This document shows, piece by piece, positions 38,484 through 50,050 of a stretch of 64,000 nucleotides of DNA. The notes under the pieces are model-generated. The model was not told where the DNA came from and searched no databases. It was given only the letters and a program-made list of their open reading frames with translations. Source of the DNA: Camelus dromedarius (Eukaryota); NCBI RefSeq assembly GCF_036321535.1, contig NC_087437.1:55554001-55618000 (forward strand), written 5' to 3'. How positions within the stretch are numbered: position 1 is the stretch's first letter; each line of letters begins with the position of its first letter. Position numbers and translations under genes: made by a program.

Positions 38484-38652
38484 CGGTGCTTCTCAATCTA
38501 GGCTGTAAATTAGAATTCTGGAGAGATTTCAAAAACGCAAATGCCCACTCCTGCCCCAGCCCCCCCGTAACTGACCACAGGTCAAGCCTGGCCTTCAGTC
38601 TGTCCGGAAGCACCCAAACGATCCTAAGGTGCAGTCAGGGCCGAGAACCCTG
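38484..38652. mobile_element. MER5B-like MITE
   Basis: 'gtgcttctcaatctaggctgtaaattagaat...gtgcagtcagggccgagaaccctg'. Confidence 0.75.
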
Positions 38653-39189
38653 CTTTAGAAGAATCAGAAGAAAGTGGAGATGATAATAAAAAAGAGTAAA
38701 TATTTATGAGCAAAATAACCAATAATTTTCTGGTATTTATCAGAAATTTCATATATACCCCAAATACCTACATAATCCAAAAACACTTGTTTTTATTTTT
38801 ATTTCAGTAGTATTTCTGATGATAGCAATTGTTTAAATGAGAATGTGACAAAATAACAGATGTCTCTGGGTAATTGTACATAGGTGAAGTTTTTTTCTGT
38901 TTCTTTATATTTGTTGTTTTTTCCAAAACCAATTTAGAATGTGCTAATTTCATCAGAAGATATAAATAGGACACAAAGCAAAAATTTGCATAATGAATCA
39001 CTTTATCTACCTCATATAGAAATATATACCTATAATTACACGATCATTTGAGGGAGATATTCACATTAAAGAGCTTTTAAACATAACAGCAATTCAAACT
39101 TTAAAAAAATTCACTGTTGGCTTTAGATATCATTCGTTTTTCTTAATAAGAAATCCATTCACATCGTCATCAAATGTTGGTGACCCCTG

Positions 39190-39385
39190 AGTAGTTTGCA
39201 TTCATCATTTTCACTCACTTCAGCTCCTGGAGGTTAGTATTTTTATTAGTCTTGTCTAACAAGTGGAGAAACAAAGGCACAGATGGGCTAATTAACTTGC
39301 CCAAGATCAAGAGACTGCAAAATGTCAGGGAGTGGGACTGGACCTCAGTCTTGCTTCACGGTCCGGACAGTGTGCTGTTCTGCCT
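39190..39385 (-). mobile_element. MIR SINE
   Basis: 'gtggagaaacaaaggcacagatggg...aacttgcccaagatca'. Confidence 0.7.
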
Positions 39386-41191
39386 GATGCTGACGTGCCT
39401 ACGGGATCTTGGCGAGTTTTCAGCGCTTACGTACATCTGGGAAGTTGGTTCTCATTTCATTACTCAGCCTTGCCAGCTTATTTTAATGGCCAGGCAGGCA
39501 CCTAACTATGCATGTCACCAGGTATGCAGCAAACCTCCTTATCTGAAACAACCATTAAAAAAAAAAACCCTCAAATCTACAATAGTTAATGAATCTTAAA
39601 CCAATCACACAAGGGATATTCAATGCAAAGCGTTCAAAGTTATTTTCCACTTAAATAAAAACAGTCCCAGGAGGCGACGGTGATCAGGCCTCATTACCCC
39701 TCACTTTAGTTTAATAGCCATTAGTGACAACAGAGATAAATTTTATAGGTGCTAATTGACCCTACAGGAAGACTTTGAAGTTCTCCCACTAGTTCAGGAT
39801 TTCTTTGAAGTTTAGTTTTAGCTAAAGTGCTGGGTCAAAGAGCTGGGAAAAAAATGCATATTAGAGAAATAAATGCAGGTACCAAGCCTTTGCATTAGGT
39901 GAGTAATTGTAAAACTGTGGCTTGGTGACTGCACTCAAGACAGACCTGAGCAGAGCTGGCCATTAAAGGGCTTCCTAAATTGCTCTAATTTTTTTCTGAG
40001 CAAGGACTAAAGAAGATTTTGTATGTGTTCCCACTCTGGTCTCATAACATTAGGAAGAGAGGAGAAAACAGCCTGTGTATCTGCAGTGCTTTGCAGCTTC
40101 CACAACTCATTTGATGCACATAAAAACAGCAGGAGTACATGTAAAGCTCAGGGAGGAAAAGTGACTTGCCCGAGGTTTCTCTGCCAATGGGTAGAGACAT
40201 CTGAAGCCACTCGGACACGCGGTGCAGGCGGTTTTCCACGACAGCAGAACTCTCTCTCTGCTTGAGTTGGAGAAGTTGAGTCAGGGAAAAGGGACACAGG
40301 TCCAGACACGGGTGATATCAGAAGGAAGTGAAGAGTTAAGGAAACAAAAGTGCACTGGTCCTAAGAGTTTCCATTCTTGTTAAGCTCCACACTGACTAAT
40401 ATTTAATCAAAAGCCAAGCACAATGAGAATAGCATTTGCAAGAGTCTGCAATTTGACTCAGGATTGAGTCCACATTTGCTTCCCATCCATTCACTTCCTC
40501 CCTCTATGGTCACTAGCTCTATATGCTCTCCACATCGTCTAGAAGCTGTTGAATTTAGGAGATGACAAAAGTCAGAGTCCTAGGGAGGCTGTCATGCTAA
40601 CCAAACAACAACAACAGCAAAAGAACATCAGGCACAAAGACTCCGACAGGGAGTCCAGTTATGGTGGTGACTGTGTGTCAGGGTGATCCAGACAGCGAGT
40701 CATTAACACGCGGGCATGCTGTCACAGTAGTGAGTACAATGAGTGTCCCTTGAGGAAATGCTCCAGATATCGAACTAGACCTAAGTCAACCACATGGCAA
40801 GAGTGGGGACTGATGGCAGAGCTCGGGGCTAGAGAAATAGAGTGGATAGATAATGATACTCTGGGATACGTGTACAACTGACTCTGCCAATGGGAAGGAG
40901 AGACGTGGCTTACTTTCACGGTAACTATGCCCGAAACCTGAAGAATGGAATTGGGGACCCCCTTGCTTAACTGATTGTATATGCAGAATCCCTCCTCTTT
41001 TATCCCTTGGAATATTGGAAAACTTTCAAAAGGCAAGTAATCTTAGCACATTCCAGGTCTTTTAAGAACTGTGGATGAAAGGGACACATAAATTTCGGTT
41101 ATTATTACTTACATGCAGTAATTTTTAGTTGGATTTCCCTGACACACCTTCTCCTTTGTAATATTTTTCTGGGAGTATGTTTATGTGCGAG

Positions 41192-41215
41192 AGTGTGTGT
41201 GTGTGTGTGTGTGTG
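41192..41215. repeat. (GT)n microsatellite, ~12 units
   Basis: Directly visible. Confidence 0.93.
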
Positions 41216-41739
41216 AGTGGCTTTGACCCTAGGGCTCTCTTTGATTTATAGGCAGCCCTCTGAGTTACGCTGGGGTGGTTTCAGAGCCTGTTTGTTCTGG
41301 CATCCCAATAAAGCCTTACTTCCCATGGCAACGCCAGCCTACGAAGACAGGCCTAAGGGGAAACACTGCTTTTGTTGCCAGGATGAGGCAACAGCACTTT
41401 TGGGGTGCTATTTTGCTGGGTGGCATATTATTTCTCAAGCAGCCTCACTCAAAAGTAATATTCAGGGTCTAAATATTATCATGGGAAGCAGTGACTTCGG
41501 TTTTCCTCAAAGCAGCTGAGTGATTTTTTTTTTTTTGAGACTTGATTTAGTTTGAGGGGTTTTCAGTTTGCTCTCTGCTCAGTGGCAAGACTGTGGGACG
41601 TGGCCTCCCTGGGGGGACCCAACATAGGCACATCCCCTTCCAAATATTCATCCCTTTGCTATTAGAGGTCAAAGCTGAACTCCAAGGTCAATTCCTGCCT
41701 GTCACTGATGCCCTCCTCTGCTCAATTCCAGAAGAAACC

Positions 41740-41920
41740 TGTGCTTCTCAGTCGTGGTCACACATCACAATCCCTTGGGGAGCTTTCAAAAATACTAAAG
41801 TCCTGAACTCACCAGCAGAGACTCTGACTGGCTGGCTGTCTGGGGGCAGGGCTTGAGCAACAATAGTTTTCAAAGGTCCCTGGGGGATTTTAATGCATGA
41901 CCAATATGCAGGACCACAGA
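41740..41920. mobile_element. MER5B-like MITE
   Basis: 'gtgcttctca...ggggagctttcaaaaatact...cagagactctgact...gattttaatgca...ggaccacag'. Confidence 0.75.
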
Positions 41921-42959
41921 GCTGGTTCAATCCCTTTGAGACCCTGAGAGGAGAAGTAACCTCCTCAAGGTCATGAAGCAAATAGGTCGTCTTTTGACAA
42001 CACATGTTGACTGGTAGCTGATTAAAATGCCTGTGTAGTTAATCGTGCTATTATTTAAATCATTTTCAGGCTATTCACACAGTAAATCAGGCAGTCTATG
42101 GCAGTAGGGTACCCAAACACGGGGCGCTGACTTCCATTTCTCTCTGCACCACACCAGAATGTGCTGATTTGTCATGAAGAATATGATTTGGGATGAGGGA
42201 GGAGGGAAAAAAAGTGGAGAAGCAGACTGTTCTGCCACACCCTTCTGCCTCAAGGACATCTGACAACATGTGTCATCTATACCAGAAAGGTGACTTCTGG
42301 GTGTTTTATTGGTTTTATGACTAAGATGGCCCAGTGCTGAAAATTCTCTAGTGGGCTCTGTACTCCTACCCCTGCTTCTTGATGGCTCAGGGAGGTGTGC
42401 ACAGGTCACAAAAGGTGAGTCCTTGGCAATTTTCTCAGCAAAGTACTTTATGCTCATGAGGACGTTATATCCAAGAGTGCTCAGTTTTTTGCTGTTTGTA
42501 TTTGAAACCAGAAACCAGGACACATTTTATTTTCTGTTGTTGCTTCTATGTGATGTTCATTTAAAAAAAAAAAAAAAAGGAGAGAGAGTCATTTTTGGTA
42601 ATGACTTTTCTGTGGATTTTAATGCCAGATTCAGAGTATCAGAAGAGTGAAGCAGGAAGTCCTCAAAACAGAAGATTCACATTAACACTTGTCATCTTGT
42701 TGCCTCCAGGCATGCTGTTCCCCGATTTCCACAAACACCCAACTTCACCAACAAAGGAGGGAGTTCCCTGGAGCTTCTACCATTGTTGACATTGTCTCTG
42801 CCTCTCTCTACCTGCCTCTTTTGATACTTATGTCCAAATAATCTAGATATTTCCATAGACAAAGATATGAGTACTTAAACACTTATGTCAGATTTCTATC
42901 TCACTGAAGGATAGGCCTAGAAGCACTCAGAGAAATGTAATATCAAATCTCTCCCCTTT

Positions 42960-43100
42960 CCCTAGCCTGCCATCTGCTCCTGTTTCACAGATGAAGTCAT
43001 TGAGGCTCATTGAAGTTAAATGACTTGCCCACAGTCATACAGTAAAATTAAATAGGAAAACTAGGGTCAAAAACTAGGACTCAAAATTCCAAGTCTACAA
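42960..43100 (-). mobile_element. MIR SINE
   Basis: 'ttcacagatgaagtcattgaggctc...ttaaatgacttgcccacagtcatacag'. Confidence 0.75.
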
Positions 43101-44271
43101 CTTCTATTCATTTCACCCTAGAAAATGAAATAAATCCTAATATGAAGTTAATTAAATGTTAAGGCAAGAGTTCCAATATGCTCTCAGGGATCGTCTTCTG
43201 TGCGTAACACACATGTACTAATTCCGTGTGCATAAACATCCTTGTTTGCCCCTTGCTTATCTATTCAACTAGAGGCAACAAACACTTTGGTAATCATCAG
43301 TCACTGAGAGTGTAACACAGAGAGCATGAAAGTTCAAAGGCGCATTTAACATCGTGCCCCAATACCTCTGTCACCAGGGATGTATACACACTTAGAAAAA
43401 GCAAGTGAATTCTCAAAATCACTCACGTGATAAGGGGTGTTTGCATAAAACTATGAGCAATTAACCCTGATTTATTTAGGCTTAATATTTTTTAGAATTC
43501 CATGATAAATATGGTTAATATTGTGAATACTAAGTACAACAGAAGAGAAACAGACAACTTCCAACAAAAACTGCAATAATGTGACTTGAGCGTTCTTAGT
43601 GATGTCAGACAAAGCTCTTCCCTCTGCTTGGCAGCTCTGCCGACTATCATTCAGGGCATCAGAGCAAGCTCTGCCTTTGCCTGAAGGACCCCCTTTTCCG
43701 TGAAACTGGTAAAGACCCAGCAGTTGACTGTGATCACTGAGTGGATGGAGGAGGAAAATCCTTATCAAGCCATGCTTCACCTTGGAGGGTTTTTTTTTTT
43801 TTTTGTGCCAAGTTTAAAAGGACTATGAAAGAAGGAAAACAGAGATTTAATCCCTCAGGTCCATGGAGATGTGTGAGCTTTCCCTTTTGGCTTCTCTAGA
43901 TGAAAGTTATGGGAATCTCAAAAGTACAGGAAAGTGAAGTGAAGAACAAGAGAATCTATTGTGGTTAAAAATGAATACATACATAGTACACACATTAAGT
44001 GTATGGTGAATATTCCATTTCCTGAAAAGGAAAGAATCCTAGGAGAGGCCTCTGTGTAAGTATAGCTTCTTCGGAGGAAAAGGGCCACACGCAGGCACAA
44101 AGTTCCCAAAGACCAAAATAACCCAGAGACTTCGCTCTCACAAGCTCACCTTACTAAGGGTAATGAGGAAATACCTCTTAATTTTCATACTAGGGGTGAC
44201 TTGGACCCAAAGCTCTTGAGAAAGGAAGGTAGGTGTAACCTAATTGGGGTAACTGGCTCTTCACGGAGTTT

Positions 44272-44440
44272 GGTTTTTTTGTTTTGTTTTGTTTTGATTT
44301 TTTTTTAAGATTTTTTAGGGGAAGAGGTAACTAGGTTAATGTATTTTTTTTTAAATGGAGGTGCTGGGGGACCCAGCTGCTGAACCCAGGACCTCTTGCA
44401 TGCTAAGCACACGCTCTACCACTGAGCTGTACCCTCCCCC
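44272..44440 (-). mobile_element. Camelid tRNA-derived SINE, long form, disrupted B box
   Basis: Reverse strand reads GGGGGAGGGTACAGCTCAGTGGTAGAGCGTGTGCTTAGCATGCAAGAGGTCCTGGGTTCA...; TSD ttcacggagttt (44260-44271) and ttcacggggttt (44441-44452). Confidence 0.92.
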
Positions 44441-45611
44441 TTCACGGGGTTTTAAGTGGCTGCAGGGGAGAAAGTGCAGGTGACAGCAGCCCCACCCACA
44501 GTGCCTGAGCGCCCTCAGAGCTAATACTTCCCGATGAATTTTCTAGAAGGGAGAGTTCCTCAGGTGATCTGCAGAGCAGCTTGAAAGGTTGAAATATACC
44601 TACCATGCTGCTGGCTACTTTTTCCAGCACAGATGCAAATGCACTTAAGACGCCGACTGCAGGTCGGATACCCCTCACCTTTAGAAGCACTGATCCCGTC
44701 AGTTCAAGGAATTGCGTTTTGCTTTCCTGAATACTGAGAATAGGAAAAATTGGTGGTTTTCTCCCCGCTTCCAAGACCTGGAAGACTTTTTGACTCAGGA
44801 AGCCAAATTCATCTCCTTAATGTAGACGGGAAGGTGAGTGTAGGTGTTTGCTTAATGTTCGGATGACAAGCGGTGCATACCTTTCTGAGGCGAGGTCTGG
44901 GTGTACTGGGGTGTGTCCCAGAGGAAGGCAATGTTCTGAGTTTTATTTTTTATGTGTGAGCTATTCAGTTTAATTATACCCATGCTGCTAGTGCACTTTT
45001 TATTATTACTCTTATTCATTTTAATATCCACTTCCCTTGGCTAAGTGTAGAGAGAAGATTCGTTTATTATTTGAACAGATTCACATTTATGATGCCCTAT
45101 TAGTGTGCAAAGCTGGAGACTCCACTGTAAACGTGCCGTAATAATAGTCAGAGAAGATGAGCTCTAATCCAGCTCCTAGCTCGGGGCACAGGAGCTTCGG
45201 AATTGCTCAGAATTTGAAGGCACTTGGCTGACATGAGGCGGGGGCAGGAGGAGGGAGTATAAAACAGGGCAGGAGTGAGGGGACTGGGGTCCATGAGCAA
45301 GATCAGACAAATGAGACTGACAGTGCATATGTCTCTGTTCAGTTTTAAGTTGGTAAGAGAATGACAGATTATGCTTGACATCTTGAGAACAGCAGCTGTC
45401 AAAGCTGTCAGTCAGTGGGAGATTGATTCCTCTCAATTACTTGTTGAACCAAGAAGTTAAGAGACAGAAAAGATCTATGGGGCCATCCAACTCACTTCAA
45501 GTCCCACAGCATTAGCAAATTTACTCGGTAAAATCAGCATCTCGGGCCCAAGGCAGGTTTATGATTATTTTGTGCTGACATAATAGAAAAGACGACGAGG
45601 AGGAACAACAT

Positions 45612-45960
45612 CTATTCATTCATTCCATCATTTCATTCATTTACTCCACAATCTTCCCTCCCATAGCAGTTAGCTTTGTGCCGGCCCAGGTGCTCAGTCC
45701 TGATGACACGAAGTTGTGCTAAGTGCTAAACGCTGGTCATTCAAAATGGGTAAGATTCAATCACTGTCCTCAAGGACCTCACCATCTTCTGTGTGAGTCA
45801 GATACAGGAGCCAAAGATGCAAATACACTGTGATGGGAGCACTCACTCGAAAGTGGCCCAGCTGCTGATGTGCAACAAAGAAGAATGAGGTGATCACACC
45901 TCCTTATGGGATTCAGAGAAGCCACCCCTTTCAAAGTTAAAGCTGGTAAACTGTCTCTTG
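45612..45960 (-). mobile_element. L2 3' end
   Basis: 'attcattcattccatcatttcattcattt...actgtcctcaaggacctcac...gggattcagagaag'. Confidence 0.6.
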
Positions 45961-46129
45961 GAAGAAGGGGAAGAATAAGCTTCTTATTCCTTTTTCTGAC
46001 AAGGTCAGAGCCTCTCATTACCTTCAAGCCAAAAGACATAGAATAAGCACATCTCCCTTTATTATTTCAGAGTTGAAATCATCTTGGAGAAATGATCCAA
46101 CTTAATTATAATCAGCTGAGAAAATTGAG

Positions 46130-46258
46130 GAAATCCACATTCCAGAACTCTGATCTTTCAGCTTCTGTTTCTGTAGATCCAGAGGGGATTATAAGAATCT
46201 GTATTTTTATGTAGTTCAGGAAGTAATCCTGATATGTGGCCACACTTGGGAATTACTG
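46130..46258. mobile_element. MER5B-like MITE fragment
   Basis: 'aagaatctgtattttt...gtaatcctgatatgtggccacacttgggaattactg' MER5-type terminus. Confidence 0.6.
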
Positions 46259-46263
46259 TCAAG

Positions 46264-46450
46264 CAATTATTCTTAAAATGTGCTCTCTGGACCAGCGACA
46301 TCACCATAACCTGGGAACTTGTTAGGAATGAAAATTCTTGGGCCCCATCCCAGCCTCACTGGCTCAGAAATCCTGGGGCGAGGCCCAGGTCTGTTGTTTG
46401 ACAAGCCTTAGATGATGCTGATGCAGTTTACAGACTCAGAACCCCTTCTC
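46264..46450 (+). mobile_element. MER5A
   Basis: 'ggaccagcgacatcaccataacctgggaacttgttaggaatgaaaattcttgggccccatcccag'. Confidence 0.88.
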
Positions 46451-46489
46451 TGAGGCAGCCACCCCGCTCATTGGATGATGTTCCCATGC

Positions 46490-46925
46490 CATAGCTGAAG
46501 AGAGTTTACTGAATGGACTGTTTGTTTGCATAGGTGTGGGCAATTTCAGTCGAACCGACAAGGATGAAGCAGCCCAGGATTAGCACCATTTGATGTGGTT
46601 ATCACCCCACGTCCAAAAGGGCACAGGGAAGGAATGACGTTACAGGGATTTGACAAGTGCTGGAGTAAGGAGGAGAATTCATGTAATGGGACCTGTCCTG
46701 TCTGATGTCAAGAGGCAGTGGTAGGAGTGGAATAAACACACAACGTGATCTCCTCTCTCACCGTCCAGTTTCTTCCCTGTGTCTTCCACTTGGCAAACCC
46801 AACAAGAAGTTGAGGGACAGCCATGCCCAGGTGGTGAAGGCTGGGGAGATCAATTTCCCAGGGCGCAGAACAGGACAGAGCACTACAGAGGACGAATTAG
46901 GCATAGGAGTAGAAAATAAAGTATA
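46490..46925 (-). mobile_element. ERVL LTR (LTR33/LTR16 group)
   Basis: 'cttccacttggcaaacccaacaagaagttgaggg...cccagggcgcagaacagg'. Confidence 0.6.
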
Positions 46926-47307
46926 GCCAGCACGTACCTAACCCCTCAGATTCTCTCCTCCTCCAACTCAACTGCTGGCGTTACCTTTTCTACATTTTAA
47001 GTCACTTCTACTGGGTCTATCTCCCAAATCTGTTTTGTCTACAGAAACTTTGGAGACAGGAAACTGACTATTGCTGGAGAAGAGTAACAAAGTCTTTCTT
47101 CTATTATCTGTGTCTGTGGTTTCATGTTCCACAATATGGAAGACCTCCAGCTATATGAAGATGCCCATCTCACTCCACCAATATCATTAATTCTGTGGGT
47201 TAAACAACTGCTATTTCCTTTACTGTTCCTTTTCTGACAAGGTTTGGAGTATCTTCCAGTCCAGTTACCCTGTTCACAGCCCGATTTGCCATGCTGCTCC
47301 AGTTATA

Positions 47308-47840
47308 CAGATCTTCCTTGACTTACAGTTAGGTTACATCTGGATGAACCCATCATGAATTGGAAATATCCTAAGTGAAAAATGCATTTAACCTGCAGAA
47401 CATCAGAACTCAGCTTAGCCTACCTTAATCATGTTCAGAAACTTATGTTCGCCTGATATGTGGCCACATTTGGGAATTACTGTCAAGCAATTATTGACAG
47501 TTGGGCAAAATCACCTAACACGGCACCTATTTGATGGTGAAGTGTCAAATACATCATTTATTGAATACTGTACTGCAAGTGAAAAACCAGACGGGTAACA
47601 TGGGTACAGAATAGTTATAAGCGTATTGGTTGTTTACCCTCGGGATCATGTGACTGGCTAGGCGCTGTGGCTGGGTGCCCGCTGCCCAGCGTCACAAGAA
47701 TACTGGACCATGTACAGCTGGCCCGGGAAAGACCAAAATTCAAAATTCAAATAGCGGTGACTGCTGACTGTGTACTGCTTTCACACCACGGCAAAGTTGA
47801 AAAATGGTAAGGCCAACCATCATATGTCAGGGGCCATCTG
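47308..47840 (+). mobile_element. MER47/Tigger5-family non-autonomous TcMar element with both TIRs
   Basis: TA|CAGATCTTCCTTGACTTAC at the left end and ...GTCAGGGGCCATCTG at the right end; internal 'ttagcctacctta', 'acagttgggcaaaatca', 'caaaattcaaaattc'. Confidence 0.85.
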
Positions 47841-48229
47841 CACTTATAACACTTGGTTTCTTTATATTCTCCCACAGAAATCTGCACAGACCAATCTGAT
47901 TCAACGAGCATTTACCCACCACCTAATATGTGTCAGGTAATGTGCTTAAACAAAGAAGACATTTCCAAGGCCCTGCCTTAGGCTCCTCACTGCAGCATCT
48001 ATACATAATGAAATGTTTCTAAATTGTGTCTTGATTCTCAGGAACTACGAAAACCTTGACTTGTATTATTTCATGTATCTTTCTAACATTCTAGAGAGGT
48101 AAAAACCAGCAACGAATATTATGTCATATTTTCCCCGGGGCCTGCAACATTCAGTTAGATGCTGTCTCTCCCCGGTCACAGTAAATGGGGGAGCAGCCCT
48201 GCGTCCCGCTGACTCTCTGCTTTGGTCAG

Positions 48230-48440
48230 CTACGGTTCTAACCCTGAGTTGTAGAAAGGATAAGTGTGTTTTACTTTGAGGAAGAGAAGCATTGCATGTT
48301 GCTCCCTCACATCTTTCTATAGTTTCTGGAGGCTTGGGCTTCAGTTTCTCTGCCACCAGAAAGAGAGAAGATTAATACCTACCTTCTTCACAGAGCTTGA
48401 AAATGAACTAGTATGTGTTCTGAAGAATGTCTTAAAACGT
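48230..48440 (+). mobile_element. MIR fragment
   Basis: 'gggcttcagtttctc...ttaatacctaccttc'. Confidence 0.55.
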
Positions 48441-48537
48441 CCTTAAAATGATCTGAAAAGATGCAATTCATCATGTCAATAATGTGATGGATTCAGCATC
48501 TTAGAGCTGGAAGGCCTTTCTAGAGAAGTTTTGGTCT

Positions 48538-48722
48538 GATCATCTTCAAATGTTAGCACTCATCAGAATTGCCTGAAAGTCTTCAAAAACTAGATTTCAG
48601 GCCCTCTTCCCAGAAATTCTGATTTATTATGTGAAGGGTGAGGCCTGAGAATTCACATTTCTAAAAAGGTTCCAGGTGATGCTAATGCCGCTGACCTGAG
48701 AACCATGCCTTGAGGACCATTG
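48538..48722 (-). mobile_element. MER5A inserted in a MIR (MIR ~48490-48850)
   Basis: 'ggcctgagaattcacatttctaaaaaggttccaggtgatgctaatgc'; MIR halves 'ttagagctggaagg' and 'agatgagagccctgaagctcagag'. Confidence 0.8.
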
Positions 48723-49754
48723 ATCTAGTCCATCCCTGTCTTTTAAAGATGAGAGCCCTGAAGCTCAGAGTGATAAAGAAACTTGCTTAAGGAGACAGGG
48801 CCAGGACCCAAAGCTGAGTCTTCCATTTCTCATTTCAAGTTTTCCTGCACTATAAAACTGCTTCCCTCTTCTGAGTGGCCGTGGCCGTTTTGTTTAGGCT
48901 GTTCCTATCAGTTTTGTCACAGGCAGTACCAAGGCACTGTCTTCCTCACCAACCTTTCCCCAAAAGACACACGATCAGTTAAAGACTGTGCTTTTACTAC
49001 ACAAAAAATGGCTTCAAGATAAGTTTCCTGTCTGCCTCTTCACCAGATCTCAGCCAACAAGCCCCTCCCAAAGAGAAAACCTGGAACCAATGTTCTTTCC
49101 TTCTCTTAGCTTTAATAAAGGGCCAGTGTGACTTGGTTTACTCCTATCCAATGGCAGATGTCAGAAAACGGATTAGAAACTTTGAGAAATTCATTTACTC
49201 TCCCCATGTTTCTATTCTCTCCATCTGCAAAACGGGGTCAGCTGTATTGTACCTCATGTGCAAATCTGTGTGCTGTGAGGTTTAGCGCGTAAGTGACTGC
49301 AAACCATGTTGCAGATGGATGTGTTATGGAGGAATGCTTAATATCAAAGCGAGATGTCATTTTCTTTCACTCTGCATCTGTAGTTTGTAAAACAAATGCT
49401 TCTAAATTCACAGTATTTTTCTCACATGTACTATTTTTTTCCAGAGTGATATTTTCCCAAAGACTCATGCTGACTTAAGCTTCTGGAACCTTGTGGGTGG
49501 ATCTGCTAAATTAAAGACTTGTATTTAAATTTTCTGCATAACACTGGTGGGCTGAATGCATCACAGTGACTGAGGAAAGTAGGAAAGATTTCGAGTCCTG
49601 AGGGGCATGGGTAGAACTCTGTGGGTCATGGGTCTGTGAATCCAACCAAATGTGAAGCCATTTCTCTACCAAAAGGTATAAACAGAAGCATCACTGGTAC
49701 CCGGAAAAAGCCTGAACATAGTAAAATATAAGGCTAGCTAGCTATATGATAGGA

Positions 49755-49787
49755 GGATGGATGGATGGATGGATAGATAGATAGATA
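49755..49787. repeat. (GGAT)n(AGAT)n compound tetranucleotide repeat
   Basis: Directly visible. Confidence 0.9.
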
Positions 49788-49829
49788 ATATATTAGGACT
49801 ACAATCACTTTTCAGAAATGAGGAAATAA

Positions 49830-50050
49830 TTATGGTAAAAAGTATACAGGATTTAAGTTGCGATGATCTGGACTTCAGATCTCGTTGTATTCATTTGTGT
49901 GGAATATTCAGCATGAATCTGACTTTCAGTTTATTCATGTTTTAAAACAGGTTAATAACATCTCTCTTGCCTCCTGATAAGCCTGTTACAAGGATCAGAT
50001 GAGACAGTGAGAACGCAAGCTCTTTGTCAAGTGCTGTCCATATGCAAGGT
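49830..50050 (+). mobile_element. MIR SINE
   Basis: 'ttcagtttattcatgttttaaaacaggttaataacatct...gttacaaggatcagatgaga'. Confidence 0.65.

Noticed and set aside
42071..42523. Longest ORF (150 aa, minus strand)
   Set aside because: No recognisable domain or coding-like composition; ORFs of this length arise by chance in 64 kb over six frames
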